A DNA stretch of 64,000 nt from Gemmatimonadota bacterium (GTDB lineage: Bacteria > Gemmatimonadota > Gemmatimonadetes > Palauibacterales > Palauibacteraceae): positions 2,080,001 through 2,144,000 of the forward strand of contig OZ220691.1 of NCBI GenBank assembly GCA_965116475.1. The letters are read 5' to 3'. The position numbers were made by a program, and so were the translations under genes. The notes below the pieces were generated by a model. The model was not told the DNA's origin, searched no databases, and saw nothing but the letters and a program-made list of their open reading frames with translations. Position 1 is the first letter of the stretch, and every line of letters starts with the position of its first letter. Shown in pieces: positions 63,141 through 64,000 of this stretch.

Positions 63141-64000
63141 CTACCGGTTGTCGCCGCGCTCCTCCGCGCGGGCGCCGCGCAGGATGTTCTCCAGCGCGTA
63201 GTTCGCCTCGTGGCAGGCGTATTCGTAGAGGAGGTCGTCCATCCTTACGAACGGGACTTCGCCGCCCCACGGGTTCTCCCACGTGTCCGGGTCGTCGATC
63301 AGGAACTCGTAGTTGATCGTGTTCGCGTCCACGCGCGTGAGCCGTTCCGTGATCTTCATGTTCGGGCTCGCGCCGAAGAACTCGCGGTAGGCGGTGAGCT
63401 GCTGCGGGTTGAGCTTCGTCGTCTCGATGACGAGGGTGTCGTCCTCCCACCAGCCGCGCGAATCCCCGAACCAGGGCCGGATCGCGTCCGGGAACGACGG
63501 CGGGGCGCCGGCGCCGCCGGCCTCCCGGGCCTCGCCGGAGCCGGGAGCGACGCCGATCGGGATGATGCGCGCGTCGTGCACCATTTCCGTCATGACCATG
63601 ACGTGGTCCGGCGTCTGCACGATGGTGTAGTTGTTGTTGTAGAAGTAGTTGGGGAGCATGGGCGGGCCGGCGTTGGACCCGAACGAGACGATGCAGCGCT
63701 CGGACAGCGGCCGGTTCTCGGGGTTGTCGTACTCGCCGTGGCGGCCGCGGGCGGCCATGAGCTGGCCGAGCCGCTGCTGCGCCTCGGCGGTGCGCGCGGG
63801 GATGCGGCCGTCCTCCGGGATCGTGAGGAGGGAACTGCGGGGCTCGCCGTTCACCACGGCGACCTGATCTCCCCGGTCCAGGTAGAAGAGGTTGTAGCCG
63901 CCCGTGCCGCCGGCCGCCGCCTCGAGGATGAAGTCGCAGCCGATGGCGATGCCGCCCTCCGCCGGCGCGTCACGGTCGGGATCGCTGGACCCCGAGTGGG
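63141..64000 (-). CDS. Conserved hypothetical protein, C-terminal part (starts beyond window)
   Basis: Open frame to window edge; ERCIV, EMVHDARII, GDSRGWWEDDTLVIET, YEYACHEANY. Confidence 0.8.
   Translation of the reverse strand, partial: HSGSSDPDRDAPAEGGIAIGCDFILEAAAGGTGGYNLFYLDRGDQVAVVNGEPRSSLLTIPEDGRIPARTAEAQQRLGQLMAARGRHGEYDNPENRPLSERCIVSFGSNAGPPMLPNYFYNNNYTIVQTPDHVMVMTEMVHDARIIPIGVAPGSGEAREAGGAGAPPSFPDAIRPWFGDSRGWWEDDTLVIETTKLNPQQLTAYREFFGASPNMKITERLTRVDANTINYEFLIDDPDTWENPWGGEVPFVRMDDLLYEYACHEANYALENILRGARAEERGDNR

Overview
High-GC (about 70% by eye) bacterial chromosomal segment. Gene style (many Tat/lipoprotein-signal hydrolases, LVIVD and 6-bladed propeller proteins, alpha2-type GlyRS) suggests Gemmatimonadota, which is inference. 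It has about 54 real CDS; most long ORFs in the supplied track are GC-rich shadow frames. Contents in order: partial dinB; GDPD; two divergent NTT/AAA-type MFS transporters; a TIM-barrel/GMC sugar-oxidation cluster; S9 peptidases; an AAA_14/DUF4143 ATPase; an APH-M23-aminotransferase fusion; a UxxC peroxiredoxin-like selenoprotein with a SECIS-like hairpin; amidohydrolases; ferritin; a lower-GC islet (Cys peptide + beta-propeller, 21-bp phased repeats); a glyQS-nth-queG-desaturase operon; a DtxR/MntR-boxed two-domain multicopper oxidase + ZIP operon; a CutF/CruR-like leader ORF ahead of cusCBA; a PfkB kinase fused to a Qng1/DUF2419-like Fe-S domain; a 3-domain MCO; fxsA; sufT-like; pduO; ggt; and a 9-tRNA array. 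Two genes carry single-base frameshifts in short homopolymers, probably assembly errors. No CRISPR array, integrase or transposase was seen. Best novelty candidates: the PfkB-Qng1-like fusion, the copper-sensing uORF/RNA switch upstream of cusCBA, the hidden selenoprotein, and the metal-repressor-controlled 2dMCO-ZIP pair.
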